Shown: positions 1 to 10,369 of the stretch, piece after piece
Layout of the letters: each line of letters opens with the position of its first letter
Numbering within the stretch: the first letter of the stretch is position 1
Assembly: GCA_907165135.1 (NCBI GenBank)
Contig: OU015569.1
Coordinates: 3,534,001-3,598,000, forward strand
Length of the DNA: 64,000 bases
Source: Oikopleura dioica
Lineage: Eukaryota; Animalia; Chordata
Reading direction: 5' to 3'
The notes under the pieces: model-generated
What the model was told of the DNA's origin: nothing
Seen by the model: the letters and a program-made list of their open reading frames with translations, nothing else
The model's database searches: none
Position numbers and translations under genes: made by a program

Positions 1-643
1 CGCTCCAAAAATGGCTTTGGCCTTGTCTACAAAATTAAATGAATCATTTGAAGCATCACACTGGCACAAAAGATGAGCCAGAGTCTCCCTATTTGGGCAT
101 TTTTCAAACTTTAAAGAAATCAATGCGGTCGATCGAAGGTAGCAAAAAGCATGTTACCTAACGGTTTCCACTGCGTAGTAATTGTCGACTCGCAGATTTC
201 GGTATAAATCCAGACTCTTTTCCGGTGTGTCAATTCCCCGACAATTTGGGAATGCACACCCACAGCTTCACTTGCGTAAACTTTGGCAGCTTTAAGAAAC
301 AAATTAGGTCGCAATTCAAAACGAAGTGTCAGAACACTTACTTGCGTTTCCTTCCGTAGCCATGATCGCCTTCAACATTTCTACAGTGTCGGTAACATCA
401 CTCTCGTTGTTTAGTTCAAGCTTCATATAAACGAATTATTAACTTTTGCTCTTTTATTGAAAGCAAATACCTCAGTTGGTTCTAGCTTCTTGCTAATGCA
501 CAACTTATCAATCACTCCACTAGCATTCGTGATGGTCGTTTCGTCGGGAATGTAGTTCTCCATTGTTCTCAACTGCTTCTCTTCCTTGTTTTCACCGGTC
601 GCTTTCAGTAAAATCACAAAAAGCGACCGACTTACGCAGCCAT
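1..643 (-). CDS. Uncharacterised multi-exon protein, 5' part only (runs off the window start)
   Basis: ATG at 643 (MAA), GT-AG intron (gtaagtcgg...actgaaag), then TGENKEEKQLRTMENYIPD...KKLEPTE | LELNNESDVTDTVEMLKAIM... | AKVYASEAVG...; joins ORFs 423-668 and 120-314 through canonical introns. No family recognised. Confidence 0.6.
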
Positions 644-816
644 GGCTAAACGGCCCCAGATTAAGCATTTCACATAATTTTTATGAATATATAAGTTTAT
701 GCTTGGTATTGCGGAAGTCCCGGAGCAGTTTAAAAGTTGGGGCGTGTATATGTGACAGAAAGAAGGTCGACAGAAAGTTCATAATTAATACTAAAGCAAA
801 TGTGGTCTCTGGCAAG

Positions 817-3686
817 TCAAATAGACAAGCCCTGTTGTAAAAGTTGAGTTATCGAAGTGATTTCATGAACAAACTCGGTTTTATTTTCGAGAGTGGCGTT
901 CTTCGTGTAATTTTCGACGGTGCCTTTTAGAAGTGACAGGCGCTCTTTCTCACTCTCGTGATCGTCTAGCCATTGCGAGTATCTAGGGAATAAGACAAGG
1001 TAACACCAGTTGTAAATTGTCAAACTACTAGTACCTGCTACGGCTCCAGTCTGCTACTTCAAAAGGCGATTTTAATTCTTCGGCTGCCCTTGATATTAAT
1101 AGCGTGATACAAGTAGAGTGAGGAACGCTTTCTCCAATACATCCACTATTTAGGATATCTTCTTCGGTGGCGCAGACGAGTGGCCTCACCGCTCGGAAGG
1201 TCTGATAAACTTTATCCAGGTCACATAGTCTCGAACAGAGTGGCGAAAGAGCCTCTTCGAAAAATTTGAAGTCATTGGAAATCTTCTGCTTGCCGCCTTG
1301 ACTGATCGGACGAATGAGGGTTATGTGGCGTATAAACAGTTTTAACGCACGACCAGCTAGAGGGCTTAAATTCTGTGCAAGAAAAGCGCGAGCATGGATA
1401 AAACTGAAATGGTCCTTGTATGAGTTCAGTCTGCTACTAGTAGATTCATAATATCTTTGTGAATGAAAATGGCAACAATAAAACTTCGAACTCGATTCCT
1501 TCGCGACACGTTTGATGAAGGTCTCAAGCTCTCTGATGAAAAGGGACGGCTTGTCTGTTACGCTGGACTCGTCTATAGAAAAATCCTCCTTGTGCATAGT
1601 AAGTATGATTGATTCTATTGCATCAGCGACAGAGGCAAAGATCGGTTCCATGATCGTCTCCTTGAGCTGTTCGCATGAGTCCAACATCGAAGTAAAGCCG
1701 ATTTTCGCGGTTTCAGTAAGGCTTTCTCTTTTATTTCGGATGGCCAAAGAAAGGATTAAATGATTTTTCGTTAAAAAGAACAATCCGTGCCTATGATCTG
1801 CCTGTGTTCCTTCCAAGTACTCAGACAATATATATGTGGAGTTAACAAGGCCGTAGTTTTGAACCTGAGTGTCATTCATTGGTCCAATAACTTGAGCACT
1901 ATTCGGTGTTCTCGTGACGAGCCCTTCGACTTTTGCAATGTAAAGATTAACAGCCTGCTCAATGTTCTTTATGATATCGTTTTGTAGTTCGTCATCAAAG
2001 AGAATTGAGCTTATCTCAGAATTGATTTCCTTGGATACTGAATCCACATCTGCCACGACGATAGTCTTGTTGTTTGAAATATGCGGCTAAAAATAACAAT
2101 TAGTTCAGACCTGAGTGTTCGTTTCCCGCACCTGGAAGGAATTGTTCACATGAGTCAGGAGATTGTTCAACGAATTTGAAACATACGCGGCTTTGAAAGA
2201 GGCGATCGAGTTTCTAAGATCCTGTTCTGGGTTGTACTCTGTGTCCTGTGAGCCAAACATCAAACTGAAGCCTTCTTTATTTTGCTGGACTTTGTCCCAT
2301 AGAGATAGCAGAATTCGCAGGAGTCTTGGGTATTCTATACATTTCCATTTACTCTCTATTGTTTTATCCAGACCAACCTTGTTCGAAGGTCGTTTTAATG
2401 ACGACATTGTATTGCGCCGATTTCTTGAGAGCTTTTTGAATATGGCTGACTAGATTGCGCCAAAAGACCAAACTCAAATTCGTCTGGCAACCTTCTTTTG
2501 CCATAAGTTCGGAGAAGAGAAGATGCGTAACTGGGTCGCGTTTTTTCAAAATCACTTTTTGAATTTGCTGCACATTCATTATCATCACATGAAGATACTC
2601 CACCATTTCGTCCAATGATGCCCAGAGATTGGCTTTCAAGTTGACCTTATGATGATTTATTTTTTCAAGCATTCAATCGCTTTTCAGAGTATTTACTTGA
2701 TTAGATATATTCATGTTCGCTCTTCCAGGTCGAGCTCCTTGTGACGACGAGCTATCTGTTAGAAGACGGACGTCAACGGCCTCTTGAATTGACTTCTCAG
2801 CATTTGTTTTGCAATCTTCGACTTGCCTATTCACAGCGCTACTCAGTTGGCCGAGATTAAAGAAGACCTACGACTTTATGTAAGGGATATACTCCTTTCG
2901 AAGCAATACCTGAAGAGAGGTGGCCACTTGCGATGGGTTCTCGCCTGAGATGCCTTTCTCTAAAAGACGATGTGCTTCTACTTCAACATCCTTCCGTGAC
3001 TTTGATATAAACTCTAAATCTTCTTGGATGATAGTTATCTTCGGCAAGACTTCATTATCTTGCTGTAGAAAGTCGAGTTCATTCAGAGTTTGGGCAGCCT
3101 TCGTAACTTCTTTCATTCCTTGCGAAATTTGTGTTCTCAAGCGTTTCGTCAGATACAACAAACGAATCAGTCGACGAAGGAGATCCGTCGCGTCCTATCG
3201 AAAGACTCGTCAAAGGCCTACAATAGCTAACCCTACCTGCAGTCGCGATAATTGAAGTGTTCTCGCTTCCATTTTAGCAAAGGGCTCGCTAATTCTCGCA
3301 GATATTCTTCCCACTACATCTTTGAGGGACGAGATCCGCGAGGTCATTACGTCGAGCACAGACTCAAGGGACTCGATGCCCGTCGTTTGTGCGAGAAGAT
3401 CTTCGTGTCTTGCAGAGATTTGATTTTGAAGTTCGTTATTTAGAAGGTTCACTGAGTTCTTGTCGGAAGAGTTGAAATATTATTTTCGAAATTGACCTAT
3501 TTTCGCCTTTTAAATATAGGAAGAATATGTTCAACTCTCCTGCAAATTGACGAGAACATTGGAAACGACACTGGATTTTAGCACCTGCATGGCGTATTGC
3601 TCAGTTTTAAAGTCATTCTCAAGGAATTGTGCAAGATGAGGATCCTGCTTTGTCAAGCGCTGGACGACTTCGTTTACATTGGCCAT
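817..3686 (-). CDS. COG5: Conserved oligomeric Golgi complex subunit 5
   Basis: ISARHEDLLAQTTGIESLESVL, EVTKAAQTLNELDFL, ENPSQVATSLQV and C-terminal RYSQWLDDHESEKERLSLL match metazoan COG5. ATG at 3686 follows tttcacag/a. Multi-exon. Confidence 0.95.
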
Positions 3687-3811
3687 TCTGTGAAAGAAAC
3701 AAATTCAGACTCCCAGAAGAATAGTCGAATAGCTTTATTTCGAATGTCAACATTTTCTTTGAATAAAATATACAACCATAAACATACAGAGAAAAAGAAT
3801 CACTGATTAGG

Positions 3812-5236
3812 TTATTTTAGGGAAGATGAGTTAGAATTAATTTGAAAATTAAGCTGCGGCGAATGTGCAGTTCGTTTTTCTTCTCTCTGAGCTCGCACTC
3901 TTAACTCATCCATGCTCAATTCATCAAGCTTCTTGCTCTTATTACTCTTCTTTTGATGAGTAGACGCGTTGAAATCCCGGTGTTTGGTGCTCCTTGCATT
4001 TCTCTCTGGCCCCAGTTCATTCTTTTCTTCGTCAATTTTCTTGATCCGATTCTTATAAGGGCTAATTTAAATGTTTCTATTTGTAAAACGATTGATTTAT
4101 TAGTCCATTTTCCTTTGATTGGTGGCTTGTAGCGTTGAAATCTTTGAATGTCGAGCTTCTTGCATTTCTCGAAAAAGCCGCATGCATGTATTTCTCCTCA
4201 CGAGTTTTATCTAACTCCCGCTGCTGCTTTTCTCTCTTTCTGCTCAACTCTTGAGCATCACTGGAGTCACTTGCTTTAGCGCGATTTTTCGACTGGTGCG
4301 TTGAAGCGTTAAAATCTCTAAAACCTGACGGATCGACAATCGGCATCTTGTGCATTCGTGGCGCCAGGATATCATTTGAGTCTGTTCTGTTTACTGTTTT
4401 CCGCACAAACTCACTCTTTTCGCCAGCTAAGCGCTGTCGTTCTAGTTCTTCTCGCTCTTTTCGTCGAATTCTATGGAATACATTATTATGTGACATACAA
4501 GACATCACGCACTCATTGGACTCGAGCCGATTTTTGACATATTTCTTGTGTTTGAGCGCAGACCAGGTATAGTCTTTATCCATCATGAAATGCAAGAGGA
4601 TTTGTTTCCAAAGTGGTGGACGGCTGTTATCTTCGATTTGCCCAAACTGCAGTTGTCGAGCCACCGTTAAAACATACATGACAATTACTAAACAAAACAC
4701 TCCATAATCGGCGTAGATGCGCTCTTACCAGTAGGTACAAACGTCTTCATGAACTGGCGATCTTTGAACTGTTCCTCCTCTTCGTGTTCTTGTCTCTTTC
4801 TTTCCTCGTCCATTGTCTTCTTAATGAAGTCAGAATGAGTTCGAAAGTCGGAACGCGTTGTGTGGTCTTGATACTGAGTGTAAGTGGTGGTTTGAGGCGG
4901 AGGAGCTCGATAATTTGATGCTCTTCTCCGGCTCTTTTGCTTTTCTTCGTAAAAATCGAAAGCCTCCTTCAGCTCAAGAAACTGTTCCTACTCAAATTAA
5001 GGTCGAAATCCTTTAAAACTTCAACGAACCTCTGTAGAATTGGGATTTCTGTCCGGATGAAGCTCCTTCGCTTTCTGAAGATAAGCAGCCTTAATCTCGT
5101 CGTAAGTAGAGTCCTCGGGTACCCCAAGGATTTTATGCGGCGCTCTCTTCCTTCGATACTTTTTGGGGAATGAGAAGAACCTAGTGGAGACCAAGGGTTG
5201 GAAGGCCGGCTGACCAGCAGCAGCCCGGGAAAGCAT
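3812..5236 (-). CDS. DnaJ/Hsp40 J-domain protein with N-terminal mitochondrial-like presequence, one hydrophobic segment and a C-terminal repeated motif
   Basis: PHKILGVPEDSTYDEIKAAYLQKAKELHPDRNP (HPD motif), continuing EQFLELKEAFDF after a GT-AG intron; later exons in ORF 4077-4700 and 3812-4070. Confidence 0.85.
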
Positions 5237-5332
5237 GGCGTTTCTCTCGTATTTTAACGATCTCGACAAATCTTAAAATAGAAGAGATAATTGTAAATTT
5301 CTTGAACGGCAGTGGACAGAATTTGATAATAA

Positions 5333-7080
5333 CTAAAAGTCATCAGTATTGGCGCGCCAAGCTTCAGTGACTTGAATTCTCTTTTCGTTGTGATACGTGA
5401 AAAGCTTTGTTTCAAATCCAGTTGATCGATCTGAAACATAACCACCTTTAGAACGCTTATATAAATGCTTATGATTACCGACGCCGTCCCAGCGATATCC
5501 AGGAAGGATTCCAAACCGATTCGGGGCAGTGCTTGAGCCGGTATACATCTTTTTGTTCGACTGTTGTCTTGCCTAAGTTGATAAATACAGTTCCTGTCGA
5601 ATAACTCTTTCTGTACCTTTTTGGTTTTGGTTTTGTTTTTACTCATCATGTACTCGTACATTGGATCGTCTGCAAACATCTCAGCCTTCTTCATACTAGA
5701 GCACATAGAATATCTTTCACTTTTTAGACATCTTACTCGTTGAAATCTTTATCATCTTTGTATCGAGCGAGGGGTTTTTCAATTTCTTTGAGATAGCTTT
5801 GGATCTAAAAGACAGTCTTGTAAAAAAGAATGACTTGAGTGAGATCTCTTACGTTTTCCTCTTTTTGTTCTAATTGCTTCTTTCCCTTATTCCAGACTTT
5901 ATAATTCTTGAGTTCCTCTTCCTTCCGTGCCCTCTCGGCTTCGTCAAGTTCCTCTTCTTTTTTAAAGTCCCGCTTCTTGCCAGATTTATCTCGATAAATT
6001 GTCTCGGCATTTTTTGCCTCGTCGATGATTTTTTGAAGATTCGAATTTTTGCCCATCTGGGGTTTCATCGCCAAGAATTCCGACTTTGTGTTTAACCCTG
6101 ATTTCGTCCCGTCCATCATTTTCTGTCTTTTTACGGACTCGCAATAGTAAAAATAGATGAGAAACTGATTTGAGGCGAGATCCATTCCTTGAATTAGCTT
6201 GTTCATCATCGGAATCGGAGTCAACACGCTTTCTTCTTGGAGGTGACTCGTCAGAATCAACTCGTTTTCTTCTAGGAGGCGATGAGTCGGAATCTTTGCG
6301 CTTTCTTCTTGGCGGAGAAGCATCCGAATCGGCTCGTTTTCTCCTGGGTGGCGAAGAATCGGAGTCTTTTCGACTTCTTCTTGGCGGAGAATCATCAGAA
6401 TCAACCCTTTTCCTTCTTTGAGGAGACGAATCCGAATCTTTCCGGCTTCTTCTTGGAGGAGAGCTATCAGAATCGACCCTTCTTCTTCTTGGGGGAGATG
6501 TGTCCGAGTCTTTTCTACTTCTTCTTGGAGGAGAAGAGCTTGAATCCTTTCGTTTTCGGCGGGGTGGCGACGAGCTAGAATTCTTTTTCTGTCTTCTGGG
6601 CGGAGATTCTGAATCCTTACGAGGAGCTTTTCTTCGTGGTGGAGAGCTGTCTGAAGGCGAAGAGTCTTTCCTGGCTCTTCGCGGAGACGCTCTTTTGATC
6701 GACCTAAAGCACTCAATTTCAAGCTTTACATCTAATTCCTACCTTTTCGGGGAGTCGTCTCTGCTTTGGCCTCCAATTTTCTTCCACCCATCTTGCTTCC
6801 TCTTTACTGCATCAGACCTGCTATCGACAATATTAACAACTTGCGGTGCGTCTTCTTCGTGCTCATCTGCTTTCATTTCGTCCCAGTTCACATCGTTGTC
6901 AATGATCGCGATATTGCCTCATTTCGGATGTAAAATATAATCTTTCTTGAGATTCAAAAATGAAGGAGAACTGGTGAAAATGTGTCCGATTCCTTTGACT
7001 TTCTTTTTCTTCCTCTTCTTTTTTTCTTTCTCCTTTGTATCATCGGTCATATATTTCTTCAAATAGTCGGCCTTCGACAT
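5333..7080 (-). CDS. BUD13: BUD13 homolog (RES splicing complex)
   Basis: N-terminus MSKADYLKKY, DSDSSPPRR repeat block, C-terminal APNRFGILPGYRWDGV/DRSTGFE across a GT-AG intron. Confidence 0.95.
6200..6700 (-). repeat. Coding tandem repeat (D-S-D-S-S-P-P-R-R-K-R, ~33 nt unit, roughly a dozen copies) in BUD13
   Basis: Repeated units visible in DNA and in shadow ORFs 6170-6421 and 6500-6940. Confidence 0.9.
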
Positions 7081-7249
7081 TTTGAAATCTTTCGATTTCT
7101 CAATCTAAACTCTTCCACAAAGATATTAACAATGAAGCTATCGAAATTTCTCGTTATTGTTAAAGATCGAAGCAGATAATTGAAAAACGTACCGCAATTT
7201 TTCTGCACAGTATCAATTAAAAAAAACTGTAGTCAATCAATTTAGATAG

Positions 7250-7649
7250 TTATGAGTCGAACTCGCTCTTGGTAAAAGTTTCCACGCGAATCATATGGAT
7301 CTCTTGCATATACGGCTTGATTACTTTATTCACCATTCGATTTCGATTAACTGCTCGTTTTCCTTCAAAGGAATCGCAAATAACCTAAAGTGGAACCTTG
7401 ATAAACGCGAATAATTTACTGATTTGTCACCTGGATATTAAAATTAGTTCCGCATCCATTAGAAGCATCTTCGACTGAGACCTTTCCTTCTGGAAAAGCC
7501 TTTTCGATTTCGTTCTTCAAGTCCTGCTCCTTGACGAGTAAACTCGGGGTTTGCGAAAATGCTCTGGCCGAAATTCGTGAATTCTGTGCAACTCCAATCG
7601 ACAAGCTCGTTCTTCTGACGCCGCTGTTTATCGCCCGTAAAAGGTTCAT
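7250..7649 (-). CDS. BOLA3: BolA-family protein, BOLA3-like (mitochondrial Fe-S assembly)
   Basis: VSVEDASNGCGTNFNIQ | VICDSFEGKRAVNRNRMVNKVIK...EIHMIRVETF aligns with BOLA3 VTDISGGCGAMYEI...FKEKRTVQQHQMVNQAL...MHGLRI; basic N-terminal presequence. Confidence 0.8.
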
Positions 7650-7859
7650 TTTTACTTTCTTTCTCTCTTTTCGACGATCTTTTTTTGGATGATCCTGGAC
7701 TTTCTTGTCTCCGCGACAGAGCGCCAATCAGGGTGCCGCTAGCGCTGTTGCGCGCAAATTGGATAAAAATAATGGAACAAATTCATGATCAAAAGTTCTG
7801 ATCCGGAATTGAACGTCTTTTATTAACTTGTCCTGAGACTTAATTATGTTTTAACAAGG

Positions 7860-9208
7860 AATTGACTGCACAAATTATTATGCGTTGGTTTGAAAGTGGC
7901 GCTGTAAGCACTGATTGGCTCTGACTAAATAAGGAAGTTGTGTCTTGTCGAGAAAAATAGCGGAAGAACGGGTTTTATGTTATCCGCCAGTTCCAAGAGA
8001 GTGAGCAGCTCCAGTAAGAAGATTGTCACATGGCAGAAACTAGGCTCGCCGCTTCGACCAGGTCAGAATAACAACTTGATCTCTTTCGCTAACTGTTTCA
8101 ATAGAAAGATCGCTTCAAAAATCTTACAGTATTGGTACTGAATTCATCCACAAGAATCTCTCGTACAGGCACGGTGCTCACTTGAGCTGAATCATTCTTC
8201 ATTTTGTGCAGTTTCATTAGAAAATAAGTGATCATCGTTGATTTTCAGTGGCATCATTTGCTCGCCTCTAAAAACAGTGGACGAAAATGGTGCTCTTGTA
8301 AAAGGCTTCTATTTGGCTATGGCGACGAGTAACATTTCGCCAGGCAAGAACTTCTTGTTCTCGCCTTCCGACTTGGAGTACGACTTAGAAAAAGCTGAAG
8401 GGCAAATTGGCCTGCAAAGAGACAAGCATTCATGTTTGATTAGGGTTCAATTCGGCGCACTTATTTTCAATAGCGCTACTATTCTTGAACCCAGAACGGG
8501 ATATCGTCAGCTCCGAAGACATTCTTCCATTCCTGCCAGTTGATTATTTCGAAGCAACTTCAAAGTATTCAAACGAGTGGCTTCGACGAGACGAGCGCGA
8601 GATTCTTCGAAAAGTCGGCATAAAGAAAACTTTGATGAAGCCGGAAAAACTTGATCATATTCGCCAGCTTAGTCCGCTCACGCGTTACTCGAACATCTCT
8701 ACTGATGAAAAAGTGTTTGATTTTACCGTGAAAACTCTTTTCCTTTCTAAAACGAAATTACGCTCATTCGGAGTTTTGCCACTTGGTGGGATGGTCGAAA
8801 GCGCTGTTATTAAAAACGATGGGTTACTGGGAATCGATACGGAGCAAATAACATTTAATTATTCCGATGGGGAGACCTGCGATGCCGTTACTTCCTGGCT
8901 AGCAATTATTAGGTAAAAGCATCGAGGTTGATATTCTCACAAAACTCTCGCTCAGAATTAAGAACGTCTCAAAATCGGCCCGAAGCTTGCGCAACTTGGA
9001 GTTTTCATTTTACGCAAAAGATGGAGCCTTTGCCAAAGCCTCCTCAACAGTAAAAACTCTGAAAAAAGTACTTGCTCCTGGAGAAGTAACCCAAAATACT
9101 TTGAAAATTACGCTCTTCGAACCATTTACTGTCAAAACTTGTTTGAAGTACTCTTCAGGGAGGCGCAACTCAACTGTTTCAATTGATGGTATAAGTTTGA
9201 ATTCCTGA
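7860..9208 (+). CDS. Uncharacterised multi-exon protein (C-terminal beta-sandwich-like segment); start uncertain
   Basis: ORFs 7938-8141, 8238-8543, 8485-8916 and 8987-9208 link through short GT-AG introns; divergent from BOLA3. No family recognised. Confidence 0.55.
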
Positions 9209-9326
9209 ATTTTGCAATAAAAAAAACAAGGATGCAATCATATTTACTTTATTGAGGCCATGAAATTTAATGGAAAAGTAATAGGAGGATAAACAGAGAA
9301 AAATAAAGATGAGGAACAATTTTCAT

Positions 9327-9950
9327 CTAATAGCAGGATGCGCAGCGGCATTCGTCCAAGTTGATTTTCTTGAAGGATCTGGAGAGGTGGCTCGACATCA
9401 TTTTGTGTAGGAAGTACTCATTTGCCGTCATATTTTTCGTGATGCCCGCTTCGGCAGCGAGGGCAAGTCCAACTTCGAGCATGACGTGTACTGAATTTTC
9501 ATTTTTCCAAAGTTGACTTGATGATTGTTCTTCTGTGCAAACGACCGGCACGTTGCTGTAGCAGTCGTCCATTCTGATGAGGATGGCAGCATATTGCTCC
9601 AACTGAACGCCTTCTCGTAGGACATTGGCGAAGTCGAATAGCTCTTCGGGAACCATTCGGTCAAATCCACAAGGGACTGACTCTTTGACGAGGAATACGT
9701 TGACCGGCTGGAATCGCTTCTTGGCCTTGAACCGACAAGGCTTGTTCATCGTGAAGGGATCGTGGTCGGTCTCGTAGAACTTCATCTGAATTGCAAAGCA
9801 AGGAAGGCTTTCTTCTATCTTCAGCGTGAACCAGCATCCGAGCTGCGGTGAAAAATGGAGAGCTTGTCTTCCGACTTTTTGAGGATACAGCGGCGATGGA
9901 TGTCTCATTTTGAAATCATCGTTTGGTGGGATGGTTTCCAGGACTTTCAT
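9327..9950 (-). CDS. Uncharacterised single-exon 207-aa protein
   Basis: Uninterrupted ORF with a TATA box (TATAAATAG) about 60 nt upstream of the ATG. Confidence 0.6.
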   Translation of the reverse strand: MKVLETIPPNDDFKMRHPSPLYPQKVGRQALHFSPQLGCWFTLKIEESLPCFAIQMKFYETDHDPFTMNKPCRFKAKKRFQPVNVFLVKESVPCGFDRMVPEELFDFANVLREGVQLEQYAAILIRMDDCYSNVPVVCTEEQSSSQLWKNENSVHVMLEVGLALAAEAGITKNMTANEYFLHKMMSSHLSRSFKKINLDECRCASCY

Positions 9951-10009
9951 TTTTGGCTAAGGAGATCGTCGATTTTGTCTTTTTTTGTACTTTTAGCACA
10001 TTTGGCGTT

Positions 10010-10018
10010 CTATTTATA
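10010..10018 (-). promoter_or_regulatory. TATA box of the 9327-9950 gene
   Basis: TATAAATAG on the minus strand at promoter-like spacing from ATG 9950. Confidence 0.5.
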
Positions 10019-10369
10019 CTGTATTTTGCGTTATAGGTGGCGCCTCAGAACGACTACGTTAGTTCAAGACAGCGGGTGAGCAGTGCTGATTGTCAACGAT
10101 AAACCTCGATTCTAGCTGCTTATCGCTGGCGATCAGGAAATTTAAATTCCATCTGGCGAAAAAAACGGCGATATCGAAGATTTTCTAGAGCTTATGATTA
10201 TTTATTGTAGGAGAGTTTTAGTGCTGTATTTTAACGGCGCGTCGGTGGTCATTTCGGGAATCCAGAGGTCTGCAAGTCTTTTCGGAGCAGGGGCGGATGA
10301 AATTTTGTTTCCAAACAAAACAATCAGGTTATGTTTTAATATAGAGTTTTCAGTCCAGCCAGCAGACAG

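Noticed and set aside
6200-6700. BUD13 Ser/Arg/Pro repeat as a novel element or CRISPR-like array
   Set aside because: Such repeats are a normal part of metazoan BUD13, are coding, and have no spacer structure.
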